Source: Phycisphaerae bacterium
GTDB taxonomy: Bacteria; Planctomycetota; Phycisphaerae; WQYP01
NCBI GenBank assembly: GCA_035545015.1
Contig: DASZZD010000060.1
Location: 85 to 64,084, forward strand
Direction of reading: 5' to 3'
DNA length: 64,000 bases
In this document: positions 16,222 through 24,946 of the stretch, one piece after another
How positions within the stretch are numbered: position 1 is the first letter of the stretch
How the letters are laid out: each line of letters opens with the position of its first letter
The notes under the pieces: model-generated
Told to the model about the DNA's origin: nothing
Databases searched by the model: none
Seen by the model: only the letters and a program-made list of their open reading frames with translations
Translations under genes and position numbers: made by a program

Positions 16222-17193
16222 TCATGACGCTCTTTCGGGAGACTCCTTGTCCGCGTAGGCCTGCACGATGTTTTGTACGAGGCGGTGGCGGACGATGTCG
16301 GTTTTGTCGAGTTTGACGAAGGCGATGCCTTTGATGCCGCGGAGGGTGCGGTGGGCGTCGGTGAGGCCGGAGGATTGGCCGGCTTCGAGATCGACTTGCG
16401 AGGGGTCGCCGGTGACGATCATTTTGGAACGTTCGCCGAGGCGTGTGAGGAACATGAGCATCTGGGAGGGGGTGGTGTTCTGGGCTTCATCGAGGATGAC
16501 GACGGCTTCGTTGAGCGTGCGGCCGCGCATGTAGGCGAGGGGGGCGACCTCGATGATGTCGTTGGCCATGTAGCGGCGGATCTGTTCGAAGGTCATCATG
16601 TCGGATAGGGCGTCGAGGAGCGGGCGGAGGTAGGGGTTCACTTTTTCCTCGATGCCGCCGGGGAGGAAGCCGAGTTTTTCGCCGGCTTCGACGGCGGGGC
16701 GGACGAGGACGATGCGGCGGGTGATGGAGCGGCGGAGGAGGGAGACGGCCATGGCGACGGCGAGGAAGGTTTTGCCCGTGCCGGCGGGACCTTCGCAGAA
16801 GACCAGGTCGTGATGGGCGATGGCGTTGAGGTAGCGTTTCTGGCCTTCGGTTTTGGCGTGAACGAGCTGGCCGCGGGCGAGGACGTCGAGGGCGCCGGAT
16901 TCATCGGGTCCGACGGCGGAGGCGTCGCCGGAAATCTCGGATTCGGTGCGGCGGACGAGGGCGACGAGCTGGTCGCGATCGACGGAGGGATGGTGGCGGA
17001 GGTAGCGCTGCAATTCGGCGATGACGGCGGCGGCGCGGGAGACGGCGGCGGGTTCGCCGGAGATGCGGAGGGTGTCGTTGCGCGCGGAGAGGTGGACATC
17101 GAGGAGTTCGCGCAGCAGCTTGAGGTTGCGGTCGGCGTGGCCGAAGAAGGCGGAAGCGTCGATGGAGGGATCGAGGGAGAGGTTGAGATTCAT
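16222..17193 (-). CDS. phoH: PhoH-like ATPase
   Basis: Walker A GPAGTGKTFLAVAMAV, ILDEAQN, GDPSQVDL, LDKTDIVRHRLV. Start set at ATG 17191-17193 (MNLNLSLD) with GGAG upstream. The ORF-track start at 17232 would lie inside the predicted promoter. Confidence 0.9.
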   Translation of the reverse strand: MNLNLSLDPSIDASAFFGHADRNLKLLRELLDVHLSARNDTLRISGEPAAVSRAAAVIAELQRYLRHHPSVDRDQLVALVRRTESEISGDASAVGPDESGALDVLARGQLVHAKTEGQKRYLNAIAHHDLVFCEGPAGTGKTFLAVAMAVSLLRRSITRRIVLVRPAVEAGEKLGFLPGGIEEKVNPYLRPLLDALSDMMTFEQIRRYMANDIIEVAPLAYMRGRTLNEAVVILDEAQNTTPSQMLMFLTRLGERSKMIVTGDPSQVDLEAGQSSGLTDAHRTLRGIKGIAFVKLDKTDIVRHRLVQNIVQAYADKESPERAS

Positions 17194-17221
17194 GCGGGCT
17201 CCGGAGTGCGGCGGTGGGGGA

Positions 17222-17227
17222 ATTATA
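17222..17227 (-). promoter_or_regulatory. candidate -10 box (perfect TATAAT) for phoH
   Basis: The + strand ATTATA at 17222-17227 reads TATAAT on the - strand, ~29 nt upstream of the phoH ATG. This hexamer is rare in so GC-rich a sequence. No convincing -35. Confidence 0.35.
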
Positions 17228-17307
17228 GGCATAGGGTAGCTTTGGGAAATGAATCGCAGGCTTGCTATGATGTCACGCGGAGCGGATCACACGGCAGGGA
17301 GCAGTGA

Positions 17308-17502
17308 ATGGCCACCATGGAAGTTGCACGGAAAAAAGCGGGACGGGCTCCGGCGCGCAAAAAGCGTCGGGCGGGAGCGGGCACACGGGGCAGGAATGAG
17401 AGTCTCAAGCAGGTGAAGGCTCGTTTCAAGGCGAACCGGAAGACGATGATCGAGCGGGCGGCGGCGAATGCCATGGCCCTGTTTGGAAAACCCGCAGTTT
17501 AA
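17308..17502 (+). CDS. small basic protein, candidate antitoxin of the downstream MazF-like gene
   Basis: 64-aa ORF ending 13 nt before the MazF-like gene on the same strand. No fold recognised; the role is assigned by position only. Confidence 0.45.
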   Translation: MATMEVARKKAGRAPARKKRRAGAGTRGRNESLKQVKARFKANRKTMIERAAANAMALFGKPAV

Positions 17503-17515
17503 TTGAACGGAAATC

Positions 17516-17887
17516 ATGGCCGCCCCGCAACGCCTCAGAATGGGGCAAATCTTCTGGCTCCGCGACTGTCCTGCGCTGGAGGGGGAGGGCGTGAAAGATC
17601 GCCCGGTGATTTTGATCGTGCCGCCCGGGGTGGACGATGTCGTCCTGGTGGTGGTGGCGTGTACGACCCGATTCAGCCCGAATCACGCCGATGCGGTCGA
17701 AATTCCAAATGCCCAGACGCATCCGCGGTCGACCAGTGGATTGCGCCGGCATACGTGGGCCATTCCCAAGTGGTACTTTCCGGTAAGGGTGGAACGATTG
17801 GGCGAGCAGATCGGGAGTATCTCGGGGAATATTTTGAAAAGAGTGGCGTTGGCAGTTGAAGCGCGCATGCGGGCAAGCGGAGATTGA
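17516..17887 (+). CDS. MazF/PemK-like (CcdB/MazF fold) toxin
   Basis: GQIFWLRD...KDRPVILIV...VVLVVVACTTRF...ADAVEIP...HTWAIPKWYFPVRVERLGEQIGSISGNILKRV follows the PemK/MazF order of motifs (GDI-W, RP-vvv, v-v-TS). Confidence 0.65.
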   Translation: MAAPQRLRMGQIFWLRDCPALEGEGVKDRPVILIVPPGVDDVVLVVVACTTRFSPNHADAVEIPNAQTHPRSTSGLRRHTWAIPKWYFPVRVERLGEQIGSISGNILKRVALAVEARMRASGD

Positions 17888-17906
17888 TCGAACCCGTTGA
17901 CGTTCC

Positions 17907-18191
17907 TCACGCGCGACGGCGGCGGCGGGTGGCCCCGAGTTGGGAGAGGTCCGAGAGGAAGGCGAGGGCGATGAAGATGATTGCCAGGGGATGCGCGGCA
18001 TTGGGCGGCATTCCGTAAAAGACGCAGAGCTCGTAGACCAGGGTGGTGGCGGGAAGGAAGATGAATCCGAGCAGCGGCAAGAGAACCGTGTGAAACGCGC
18101 GCTGGGGAATCTGGTGGGCGAAAAAGTAGATCAGCACCAGCAGCACGCGCGGCCAGAGCGCTCCGATGATGGCAATCAGACAGCAGCCCAT
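17907..18191 (-). CDS. small membrane protein (94 aa)
   Basis: Start set at ATG 18189-18191 (MGCCLIAIIGALWPRVLLVLIYFF...). Three hydrophobic helices and an Arg-rich C-terminus. The upstream part of the ORF-track entry is not protein-like. Confidence 0.5.
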   Translation of the reverse strand: MGCCLIAIIGALWPRVLLVLIYFFAHQIPQRAFHTVLLPLLGFIFLPATTLVYELCVFYGMPPNAAHPLAIIFIALAFLSDLSQLGATRRRRRA

Positions 18192-18283
18192 GGAAGTTCC
18201 TTTGCAAACCTGGAATGCGCCTGGCGCGGTGGATGCGGCGGTAAGGCGTCCTGACGTGCGTATTGTAGGCACGCAGCGTTCGG

Positions 18284-18661
18284 GTGATGATGAGTCCCGT
18301 CGCGAGGTGCTGGATGCCGCCGTCTTCTGAAATCCTCGGTTATGCCCGCCACCGTGGTTCGGTGGTTGGACGCTGGGCGGGCGCGGGCATGTTGACCATG
18401 GGAACGGGGGCGCTGCTGGCGGAGCTGTTTGTGCTTCGCTGGGAAGCATCACCGGGGTTCGAGGTACCGCTGGCGGTCACGGCCTTTTTCTGGAGCGGGA
18501 CGCTGGCGGGATTCGGAGCGCTGGCGGTGGCGTGCCTTCCGGAGACTCGCCTTTATCAGCGGCTGCTGCTGTTTTTCGTGGGGACTCTGCTGCTGGTGAT
18601 GGGGCTGTTGCAGGCGTTTGATGTGATGTGGGAATTGAAAGTGGCGCTGTGGGGGTGGTGA
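18284..18661 (+). CDS. hypothetical membrane protein
   Basis: 125-aa ORF with 3-4 hydrophobic helices (MLTMGTGALLAELFVL, AVTAFFWSGTLAGFGALAVA, LLLFFVGTLLLVMGLL). Confidence 0.5.
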   Translation: MMMSPVARCWMPPSSEILGYARHRGSVVGRWAGAGMLTMGTGALLAELFVLRWEASPGFEVPLAVTAFFWSGTLAGFGALAVACLPETRLYQRLLLFFVGTLLLVMGLLQAFDVMWELKVALWGW

Positions 18662-18746
18662 GCGCGTTGGCGGTTGTGGCGGAATTGGCCGAACGGTCTC
18701 GGGGCCCGAATCGTATACAGAGCGGCGGGCCTTCGAGGGATGGACC

Positions 18747-19100
18747 ATGGAAGATGGAACCCTGAGCTATCGCCGGTTTGTGGCGCGGGAGCGCCTATGC
18801 CCGATGGGGTTTTTTACATGGATATGGCTGGTGTGCGGGCTCACCGTTGGGGTCCTGCATGTGGCCTGCGAGTTCGCGTATAGATTCACAGATCCTCACA
18901 CGCCAACGCGTTGGAGCCGCTGGCTTGAGGAAGCATGCCTGGGATTTATGCTTGGCGACCTGATGTGGGGGATCTTCAGTGTTTCACTCATCTTCATTCT
19001 GCTGGCATGGACGGATGGTTCTGAGCGTGGAAGACTGGTGATGTGCGCGGTGATCTGCTTGACATTGCTTATGTATGAATCGCGGCATTTCGTGGTGTGA
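18747..19100 (+). CDS. hypothetical membrane protein
   Basis: 117-aa ORF with hydrophobic helices (FFTWIWLVCGLTVGVL, GIFSVSLIFILLAW, VMCAVICLTLLMY). Confidence 0.5.
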   Translation: MEDGTLSYRRFVARERLCPMGFFTWIWLVCGLTVGVLHVACEFAYRFTDPHTPTRWSRWLEEACLGFMLGDLMWGIFSVSLIFILLAWTDGSERGRLVMCAVICLTLLMYESRHFVV

Positions 19101-19124
19101 GGACCGGCGTGAGGGACCGTTACG

Positions 19125-19925
19125 TCAAGCGTTCGGCGGAGGGGGCAGGGGTTCGTTCTGGAGTTCGCGGCCGTAGAGCACGGAGTATTTGAGCGTTGCT
19201 CCGATCGTGGATTTGTAGGCGATCACCAAGCCGAAGCGGCCGTCCAGAAATGCTCCTTTGAGGATGTAATACTTGAGGAAGGTCAGGGGCGGGCGTGTGA
19301 GCAGGTGGAGCAGGGTGGCGCGTTTGCCGCGCGCCTGCATCGCGTTGGCGAGGATGGTGGCGTGTTCCTGCATGCGTGGGCCGTCGCAGAAGTCGGCGGG
19401 CGTGAAGGGGGTGAGGCGGTTGTGGAGGAGCGGGTATTTGAGTTTGTGCTGGGTGAAGCCGTATTTGGGGGTGCGGATTTCCGGGGCGGAGTGTTCGCCC
19501 CAGAGGGTGCGGTTTTTGTGGATCAGGCGCGTCTGGTAGTCCGGGGACCAGCAGCGGATGTAGCGGCGGTCGAGGTAGTTTTTTCGCGGCATTTCGAAGA
19601 TGGCGGCTTTTTCGAGGCGGTCGGGCGAGAGCGCCTGAATTTCCTGGCGCAGGCCGTCGGAAACTTCTTCGTCGGCATCGAGAAGAAGCACCCAGTCGGT
19701 GGGGCAGAGGGAGGCGGCGAACTGGCGTTGCTGGTTGTATCCGCGGAAGGGCTCGTAGACGGCGTGGACTTTGCCGGAGGGATGGTTGTTGCAGAGGGCC
19801 ATGGTGCCGTCGGTGGAGCCGGAATCGACCACGATGATGCGCATGCACCAGTCGAGCGAATCGAGGGCGAGGCGGATGCGGTGGGCCTGGTTTTTGGCGA
19901 TGATGCAGGCGGAAATGGGCAGCAT
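19125..19925 (-). CDS. family 2 glycosyltransferase (LPS-core type)
   Basis: SACIIAKNQAHRI, IIVVDSGSTDGT, LLLDADEEV (DXD). 266 aa. Confidence 0.85.
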   Translation of the reverse strand: MLPISACIIAKNQAHRIRLALDSLDWCMRIIVVDSGSTDGTMALCNNHPSGKVHAVYEPFRGYNQQRQFAASLCPTDWVLLLDADEEVSDGLRQEIQALSPDRLEKAAIFEMPRKNYLDRRYIRCWSPDYQTRLIHKNRTLWGEHSAPEIRTPKYGFTQHKLKYPLLHNRLTPFTPADFCDGPRMQEHATILANAMQARGKRATLLHLLTRPPLTFLKYYILKGAFLDGRFGLVIAYKSTIGATLKYSVLYGRELQNEPLPPPPNA

Positions 19926-19955
19926 GCGGGTCGTCAGCGGTCCTTCGTGGGGAGA

Positions 19956-20186
19956 TCAGAGGGGCGTTTTGAGGCCCATGGCCCGCAGGACGCACCAGCG
20001 TTTCCTGGCCTCGAAGAGGGCGAAAGCGCCCGCGCCGGCAGCGGCGGCGACCACCAGCCAGAGCCACCACACCTGCGCCCAGACGGCGAGGCCCGTGAGC
20101 ATGGCGGCTGTGAGCAGGGCCATGATTCCATAGACCAACCGAAGGCGCGCTCCCTGGGCGTCGATGTTGCATTTCATGGCGCCCAT
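19956..20186 (-). CDS. DUF2892 (YgaP-like) small membrane protein
   Basis: MKCNIDAQGARLRLVYGIMALL...ALFEARKRWCVLRAMGLKT matches the DUF2892 pattern. Start uncertain: ATG at 20186 or 20177; the ORF track extends to 20243. Confidence 0.6.
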   Translation of the reverse strand: MGAMKCNIDAQGARLRLVYGIMALLTAAMLTGLAVWAQVWWLWLVVAAAAGAGAFALFEARKRWCVLRAMGLKTPL

Positions 20187-20311
20187 CGTACGGAGAAAAG
20201 TCGAAACGCAAAACTCAAAAAGCAAAAACGACTGCACTTCCACCCTGCCCCCGCAACGGCCTTCCCACGCACCTCATGCGCTCCTTGTGCGGCGGCGGCG
20301 ATTCAGCAGGC

Positions 20312-20752
20312 CTATCCCTGGGGCAACAAATCCGAGGCGACGGTGTCGCCGCCGTCGCCGAGTTGTTTGGCGACGTAGCCTGGCTGCTGGGAGCGTTGGA
20401 ACTCGGCGTGATAGGCGTTGAGGATTTCCTTTTCGACCATATGGCGGCACTCGGCGTTGATGGGGTGGGCGACGTCGCAGTGCATTTTGACGCGTTCGCC
20501 GGTGGGCACCATTGCGGGGAGCTGGGCGCCGCACTGGTTGCAGAAGCGCGCGTGGAGGTGGTTTTTTCCGCGGCATTGGGCGCAGGAGGCCATGATTTTG
20601 CGGGAGGGCATGGCGACGAACAGGCCGTTGGGTCCATGGATGATTTTGATATCGCGGACGACGAAACAGCCGTCGATGGTGATGCAGCAGAAGCCGCGGA
20701 GCCGGTCCTGGCCATGGGGGGCGAGTTGGATGGCCACATCGGTGATTTTCAC
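20312..20752 (-). CDS. spoVG: SpoVG family protein with an inserted zinc-ribbon
   Basis: MKITDVAIQL...CITIDGCFVVRDIKIIHGPNGLFVAMPSRK ... DVAHPINAECRHMVEKEILNAY is the SpoVG core. A ~35-aa insert with CAQC-x10-CNQC lies between PSRK and DVAHPIN. Confidence 0.85.
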   Translation of the reverse strand: MKITDVAIQLAPHGQDRLRGFCCITIDGCFVVRDIKIIHGPNGLFVAMPSRKIMASCAQCRGKNHLHARFCNQCGAQLPAMVPTGERVKMHCDVAHPINAECRHMVEKEILNAYHAEFQRSQQPGYVAKQLGDGGDTVASDLLPQG

Positions 20753-21242
20753 AATGCACTCCTGTGTGCGAGAGAAGCGGGACGTGGCCCGTAAAAGGCG
20801 CAGGGATAGCGGAAGCGGTGAAAATCGAGGTGGCTAGCAGGGCTGAGCTTCAGCATAACGATGGCGGATAGTCAAAAAATGGCGCTGAGCTACAGCGCGA
20901 GGTCGCTGCCCGAAAGCCGCGGAAAACACAGGAACTATCCAGAAGAAGCGTCAGGGGTGGCGGGAAACCGCAATTCGCAAGCGGGTAGATTTGTGCATCA
21001 TGCGTTGCTGCGCGGCGAATTGCAAGCGCACCTGTGAAGGCGGTTGGAAGGAGAGATAGGATGGTTCCGGGAATGCCGGCGCCGGCGCAAGGCGACGCCG
21101 GAAAGGCGTTCGGAAAACGGTCGCGAACGCCGGCGCTGGCCGCGGGGAGCGCGTGCGCGCGTGCCTGCGGGGACGTTCATCCCCCGTAGTGGGGCCCTGC
21201 GCCGATGGCATCGCCCTCCCAAGAGGAGTATGCTCACGGCTC

Positions 21243-21905
21243 ATGCAAATGCTCGCGGCCGATCTTCTCTGGGGCATGACGCCCACCCAGATGGCCCTCC
21301 TGGCCAGCGGCGCCGCGCTGATCTTCGCCCTCAAGCGGTGGCGTCAGGTGGCGGTTCATCAGCGGGCGGGGGCGGCTGGGGCACGGTCGCTGGCAGAGCG
21401 GGCGCGGGCGAGCGGGCGGTCAGCGGAAACAGCCGAGGCGCTGGCGGTGGGGTTGAATCATCCGATGGCCGTGCAGAGCGGTGGAGGGGGGGGCGGACGA
21501 TCGCCGTTGAGCGTGCGGGAGCTGACGGTGGAAATTCAGGCGTTGTTGGGGGAGGTGGAGGAGACGGCGCGGCGGGCGGCGGCGCAGGTGGACAACCGGT
21601 ATCGCAAGCTCGAGCAACTGGTGCTTGAGGCCGACGACAAGATTCAGCGGCTTGAGGCACTGATGGCGGCGGCCCAGCGCACGGGCGCTCGGGGCGACGT
21701 GCTGGCGGCAACTGGAGGCGCGGAACTGCTCTCGCGCCTCCGCCAGGAACGCGGGGCTCCCTCGGCGATCGAAGACCCGGCGTATCAACCGATCTATCGC
21801 CTTGCCGATGCCGGCCGCACGCCGCGCGAGATCGCCCAGGAGCTTGGGCGGCAACCGGGTGAAGTGGAGCTGATTCTGGCCCTGCGGAAGCGGGCCGGCG
21901 TCTGA
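21243..21905 (+). CDS. hypothetical protein with N-terminal TM helix, coiled coil and C-terminal HTH-like motif
   Basis: Start set at ATG 21243 (MQMLAADLLWGMTPTQMALLASGAALIFAL). Central heptad-like region. C-terminus YRLADAGRTPREIAQELGRQPGEVELILALR resembles DUF2802-type HTH tails. Confidence 0.55.
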   Translation: MQMLAADLLWGMTPTQMALLASGAALIFALKRWRQVAVHQRAGAAGARSLAERARASGRSAETAEALAVGLNHPMAVQSGGGGGGRSPLSVRELTVEIQALLGEVEETARRAAAQVDNRYRKLEQLVLEADDKIQRLEALMAAAQRTGARGDVLAATGGAELLSRLRQERGAPSAIEDPAYQPIYRLADAGRTPREIAQELGRQPGEVELILALRKRAGV

Positions 21906-21973
21906 GAAGCCATTTCAAAAATGCGGCATGGGTGGGCCGCCGATGTTTCTGATCGGAATGGCCAGCGTCCTTA

Positions 21974-22031
21974 GAACATGGGCAGGATGACCATGCCAGC
22001 ATGATTCGAACATGGGCAGGATGCCCATGCC
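21974..22031. repeat. two tandem REP-like palindromic units between convergent genes
   Basis: GAACATGGGCAGGATGACCATGCC (21974-21997) and GAACATGGGCAGGATGCCCATGCC (22008-22031). The second forms a perfect CATGGGC-AGGAT-GCCCATG hairpin. Confidence 0.8.
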
Positions 22032-22047
22032 ACGTTTGACATGGACG

Positions 22048-23664
22048 TTATGCGCCCGCCATGGTGCGGTCGATGCGTGCCAGTGTTTTTTCGCGGCCGA
22101 GGAGCGCGATGGTTTCGAGCATGGGCGGGGTGACGGTGTTGCCGGAGAGGGCGACGCGGAGCGGTTGTGCCGCGGCGCCGCGCTTGCCGCCGGTGTCCAC
22201 GCCCAGGGCAAGAATCCGTTCCATCGGTTCGGTCAAGCCGGTTTTGGTCCAATCCGTTACCGGTTCGAGGATCGCCCGGATGTGGCGCAGGAATTCCATG
22301 CCGCCGTTGTTGCGCACGAATTTTTCAAGCGCCTTGGCGTCGGTCGCCGGCTCTTCAAAAAAGAACCGGGAATTTTCGGCCATTTCGGCGAGCGTCACCA
22401 TCCGCTCCTGATACATCGCCAGCAACTCCAGGAGCATGTCGCGGTTGGCCTGCTTGAGCGGGAAATCGGTGACGGCGTTGAAGGATTCCACGGCGTCGGC
22501 GAGGCGTTCGAGCGACGACTTGCGGATGTATTCGCCGTTCATCCAGGCGAGCTTTTTGCGGTCGAAGCGTCCCGGCGTTTTCTGAATGCCGTCCAGCGAG
22601 AACAGCTCGAGCATCTCGTCGGGCGTGACGATTTCCCGATCGCCGCCGGGAGACCAGCCCACGAGGGCGATGAAATTGCGGAGCGCTTCGGGCAGGTAGC
22701 CGCTTTTGCGGAAGTCCTGGACGTCGATTTCCGGCAAGCGCGTGCCGGTGACCGCCGCCAGTTTCACGGCGATCTCGACGGCGTCGGTCTTTTTCGCCAT
22801 GAAATCCTGCACGTCTTTGAGCGGGACGCCCGACTTTTCCCCGAGCGGCGCGAAATCTTTGGTCCCGCTTTTCTGAATGTCCGCGCGCACCGCCTTGGCC
22901 TTTTCGCGCTTGGACATCTTCGTGTTGTCCATGTTGAAGACCAGCGGCAAATGGCCGTGCGCCGGCGGCGACCAGCCCAGCGCCTCGTACAGGCCCAGGT
23001 GCTTGAACGTGTTCATCAGATGTTCCTGCGCCCGCAGCACATGGGTGATGCCCATGTGGTGGTCGTCGATCACCACCGCGAAGTGGTAGGTGGGAAAGCC
23101 GTCGGATTTGCGGATGACGATGTCATCGTGCTCATCGGCCTTTACGGTGACATCGCCGAGGATCAAATCGTGGACGGTGATGTCTTTGTAGGGCATGGCG
23201 AAGCGCACGACCGACTTCACACCCTCTTGAGGCGCAAGCTGTCGGCCGGGCATGTCGCGGCGGTAGCGGAACGGCCGCTTGGCCTTCTCTGCCGCCTGGC
23301 GCATGGCGGCGAGCTGCGCGGGCGATTCATAGGCCTCATAGGCGGCGCCCCTGGCGAGAAGCTCATCGAGATGCTTTTGATACAGCGGCAGGCGTTCGGA
23401 CTGGAAGTAGTCATTCTTCGCCCCGCCGACGACCGGCCCCTCATCCCAGTTCAGGCCGAGCCAGAGGAGATCGTTGAGGATGCCTGCCGCGGATTCGGCG
23501 GTGGAGCGAACCTGGTCAGTGTCTTCGATGCGCAGGACGAAGGTTCCGCCCGGCCCGCCATGGACCTGATGCTTGTGGGCGAAGAGCCACGAGTACAGGG
23601 CGGTGCGTGCCCCGCCGACATGCAGGAACCCGGTGGGCGAAGGAGCAAAGCGAGTTTTAACCAT
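22048..23664 (-). CDS. gltX: glutamate--tRNA ligase
   Basis: MVKTRFAPSPTGFLHVGGARTALYSW (HIGH-type), KMSKR, class I fold order. Start set at ATG 23662-23664; the ORF-track extension to 23949 is not protein-like. Confidence 0.92.
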   Translation of the reverse strand: MVKTRFAPSPTGFLHVGGARTALYSWLFAHKHQVHGGPGGTFVLRIEDTDQVRSTAESAAGILNDLLWLGLNWDEGPVVGGAKNDYFQSERLPLYQKHLDELLARGAAYEAYESPAQLAAMRQAAEKAKRPFRYRRDMPGRQLAPQEGVKSVVRFAMPYKDITVHDLILGDVTVKADEHDDIVIRKSDGFPTYHFAVVIDDHHMGITHVLRAQEHLMNTFKHLGLYEALGWSPPAHGHLPLVFNMDNTKMSKREKAKAVRADIQKSGTKDFAPLGEKSGVPLKDVQDFMAKKTDAVEIAVKLAAVTGTRLPEIDVQDFRKSGYLPEALRNFIALVGWSPGGDREIVTPDEMLELFSLDGIQKTPGRFDRKKLAWMNGEYIRKSSLERLADAVESFNAVTDFPLKQANRDMLLELLAMYQERMVTLAEMAENSRFFFEEPATDAKALEKFVRNNGGMEFLRHIRAILEPVTDWTKTGLTEPMERILALGVDTGGKRGAAAQPLRVALSGNTVTPPMLETIALLGREKTLARIDRTMAGA

Positions 23665-23764
23665 GAAGGAAACTCCGGAGCGGAAAGCAGAGTTCCGTAT
23701 TAAAGGCGAAACGTTCGCCGAAAAAAAGCGGCGAGCAGAGATAATGAATCCCTGACCGCCGTAG

Positions 23765-23800
23765 TTGCGTAAGCGCGAGGCTGCGTACATAATGTGCGCA
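23765..23800 (+). promoter_or_regulatory. candidate higBA promoter (TTGCGT-N17-CATAAT) overlapped by a 19-bp palindrome (operator candidate)
   Basis: -35 TTGCGT at 23765-23770 and -10 CATAAT at 23788-23793. Palindrome TGCGTACAT-A-ATGTGCGCA at 23782-23800 (one mismatch). AGGAGGA at 23801-23807 precedes TTG 23811. Confidence 0.5.
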
Positions 23801-23810
23801 AGGAGGACGA

Positions 23811-24119
23811 TTGCACCTGATTGACTTGCGCACGCTCCGGGAGTTTTGGCGCCGCTATCCCGAAGCGGAGACCCCGTTGCGTCGCTGGTATGGCGTTGCC
23901 CGAAGGGCGAATTGGGCCAGCCTTCAGGAGGTTCGCACCGCCTTTCCACACGCCGATGCGACCGTCGTGAAGAGCGGTAGTGTTGCGACGATCTTCAACA
24001 TCTGCGGCAACAAATTTCGGTTGATCACCGCGATCCACTACAATCGACAAAAGATCTTCCTGATGATGGTTCTTACCCATCATGAATACGACAAGGACTC
24101 CTGGAAGGCGAAGTTATGA
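23811..24119 (+). CDS. higB: HigB-type toxin (RelE superfamily mRNA interferase)
   Basis: 102 aa. FWRRYPEAETPLRRWYGVARRANWASLQEVRTAFPHAD...FNICGNKFRLITAIHYNRQKIFLMMVLTHHEYDK matches the HigB family. TTG start with a strong SD. Confidence 0.8.
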   Translation: MHLIDLRTLREFWRRYPEAETPLRRWYGVARRANWASLQEVRTAFPHADATVVKSGSVATIFNICGNKFRLITAIHYNRQKIFLMMVLTHHEYDKDSWKAKL

Positions 24120-24541
24120 AAGTTACTGGCCGTCACCGTGCGCGCGACAGTTATCTGCAACTCGTCCAGCAATTTCCGCTGGTGGCGATTCGTGATGATG
24201 CGCACCTGGCTGCGGCGGTGCGGGTCGCCAAGAAACTGGGGATTCGTGATGAGGTGACGCTTGACGCGGGCGAAAGCGACTATCTCGACGCCCTTTGCGT
24301 TCTCATTGAAGCGTACGAACAAAGCCATCACGCCATCGAGGATCGTGATTTGCCGCCATTGGAGGCTTTGCGGTACCTCATGGAGGAAAGCGGGATGGGA
24401 ACCGCCGATCTGGGGCGGCTGCTGGGGAACCGGAGCCTCGCCAGCCAAATACTTCTTGGCAAACGGCAACTCAGCAAGTCGCATGTGCTCGCGCTGTCGC
24501 GCCATTTTCACGTGGATGCCGGATTGTTCCTTGGGGAATGA
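24116..24541 (+). CDS. higA: HigA-type antitoxin (XRE-family HTH)
   Basis: 141 aa. ATGA overlap with higB. C-terminal HTH LRYLMEESGMGTADLGRLLGNRSLASQILLGKRQLSKSHVLALSRHF. Confidence 0.8.
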   Translation: MKVTGRHRARDSYLQLVQQFPLVAIRDDAHLAAAVRVAKKLGIRDEVTLDAGESDYLDALCVLIEAYEQSHHAIEDRDLPPLEALRYLMEESGMGTADLGRLLGNRSLASQILLGKRQLSKSHVLALSRHFHVDAGLFLGE

Positions 24542-24589
24542 TCGCGCACCGTTGTCGGCACACGCGCCGCCGTATACCATGCACCTACC

Positions 24590-24946
24590 ATGAACGAATC
24601 CGAAACGTCCACAGCCCTTGGCGATCACCAGCAAACGCTTCTCTATCAGCCCGGTACGCGCGTGCGCATCACCCAGCAGATCCCCCGCCGGACGGACACC
24701 CTGGTCACCGTCACGGAGGGCAAGGTGATTCGGCAGGAGCGCCAGCGGTCGGGTTCCTGGTATGCGCGGAACAAAAACGCCAAGGTGTGGCTCGATCGCC
24801 TGATCATCCAAAAGCCCGACGGCGAGGTATCGATCCTGAACCTGGATGAATACAGCGTGGTGGAGGTGCTCGACGGCCCCGAAGGTCTTCGCGCCAGCCC
24901 GCCGTTGATCCTGCCTTCTCAGGACCCCACGGCCGGGGTCACCTGA
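24590..24946 (+). CDS. hypothetical protein
   Basis: 118-aa ORF, non-repetitive (RVRITQQIPRRTDTLVTVTEGKVIRQERQRSGSWYARNKNAKVWLDRLIIQKPDGEVSILNLDEYSVVEVL). No family recognised. Confidence 0.5.
   Translation: MNESETSTALGDHQQTLLYQPGTRVRITQQIPRRTDTLVTVTEGKVIRQERQRSGSWYARNKNAKVWLDRLIIQKPDGEVSILNLDEYSVVEVLDGPEGLRASPPLILPSQDPTAGVT

Noticed and set aside
20753-21242. The 490-nt gene-free region upstream of spoVG, considered as a structured ncRNA (6S, SRP, tmRNA or RNase P).
   Set aside because: I could find no diagnostic motifs of those RNAs. Only two short palindromes are present, and they are reported under the SpoVG finding. It is left unannotated.
23782-23800. The palindrome TGCGTACATAATGTGCGCA, considered as a XerC/D dif site because it lies in the terminus-like zone and shares TGCGCA/ATAATGT words with E. 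coli dif.
   Set aside because: Its geometry is 9-1-9, not 11-6-11. It overlaps the -10 box and sits immediately upstream of higBA, which fits a TA operator far better. I recognised no convincing dif elsewhere in 21.5-31 kb.
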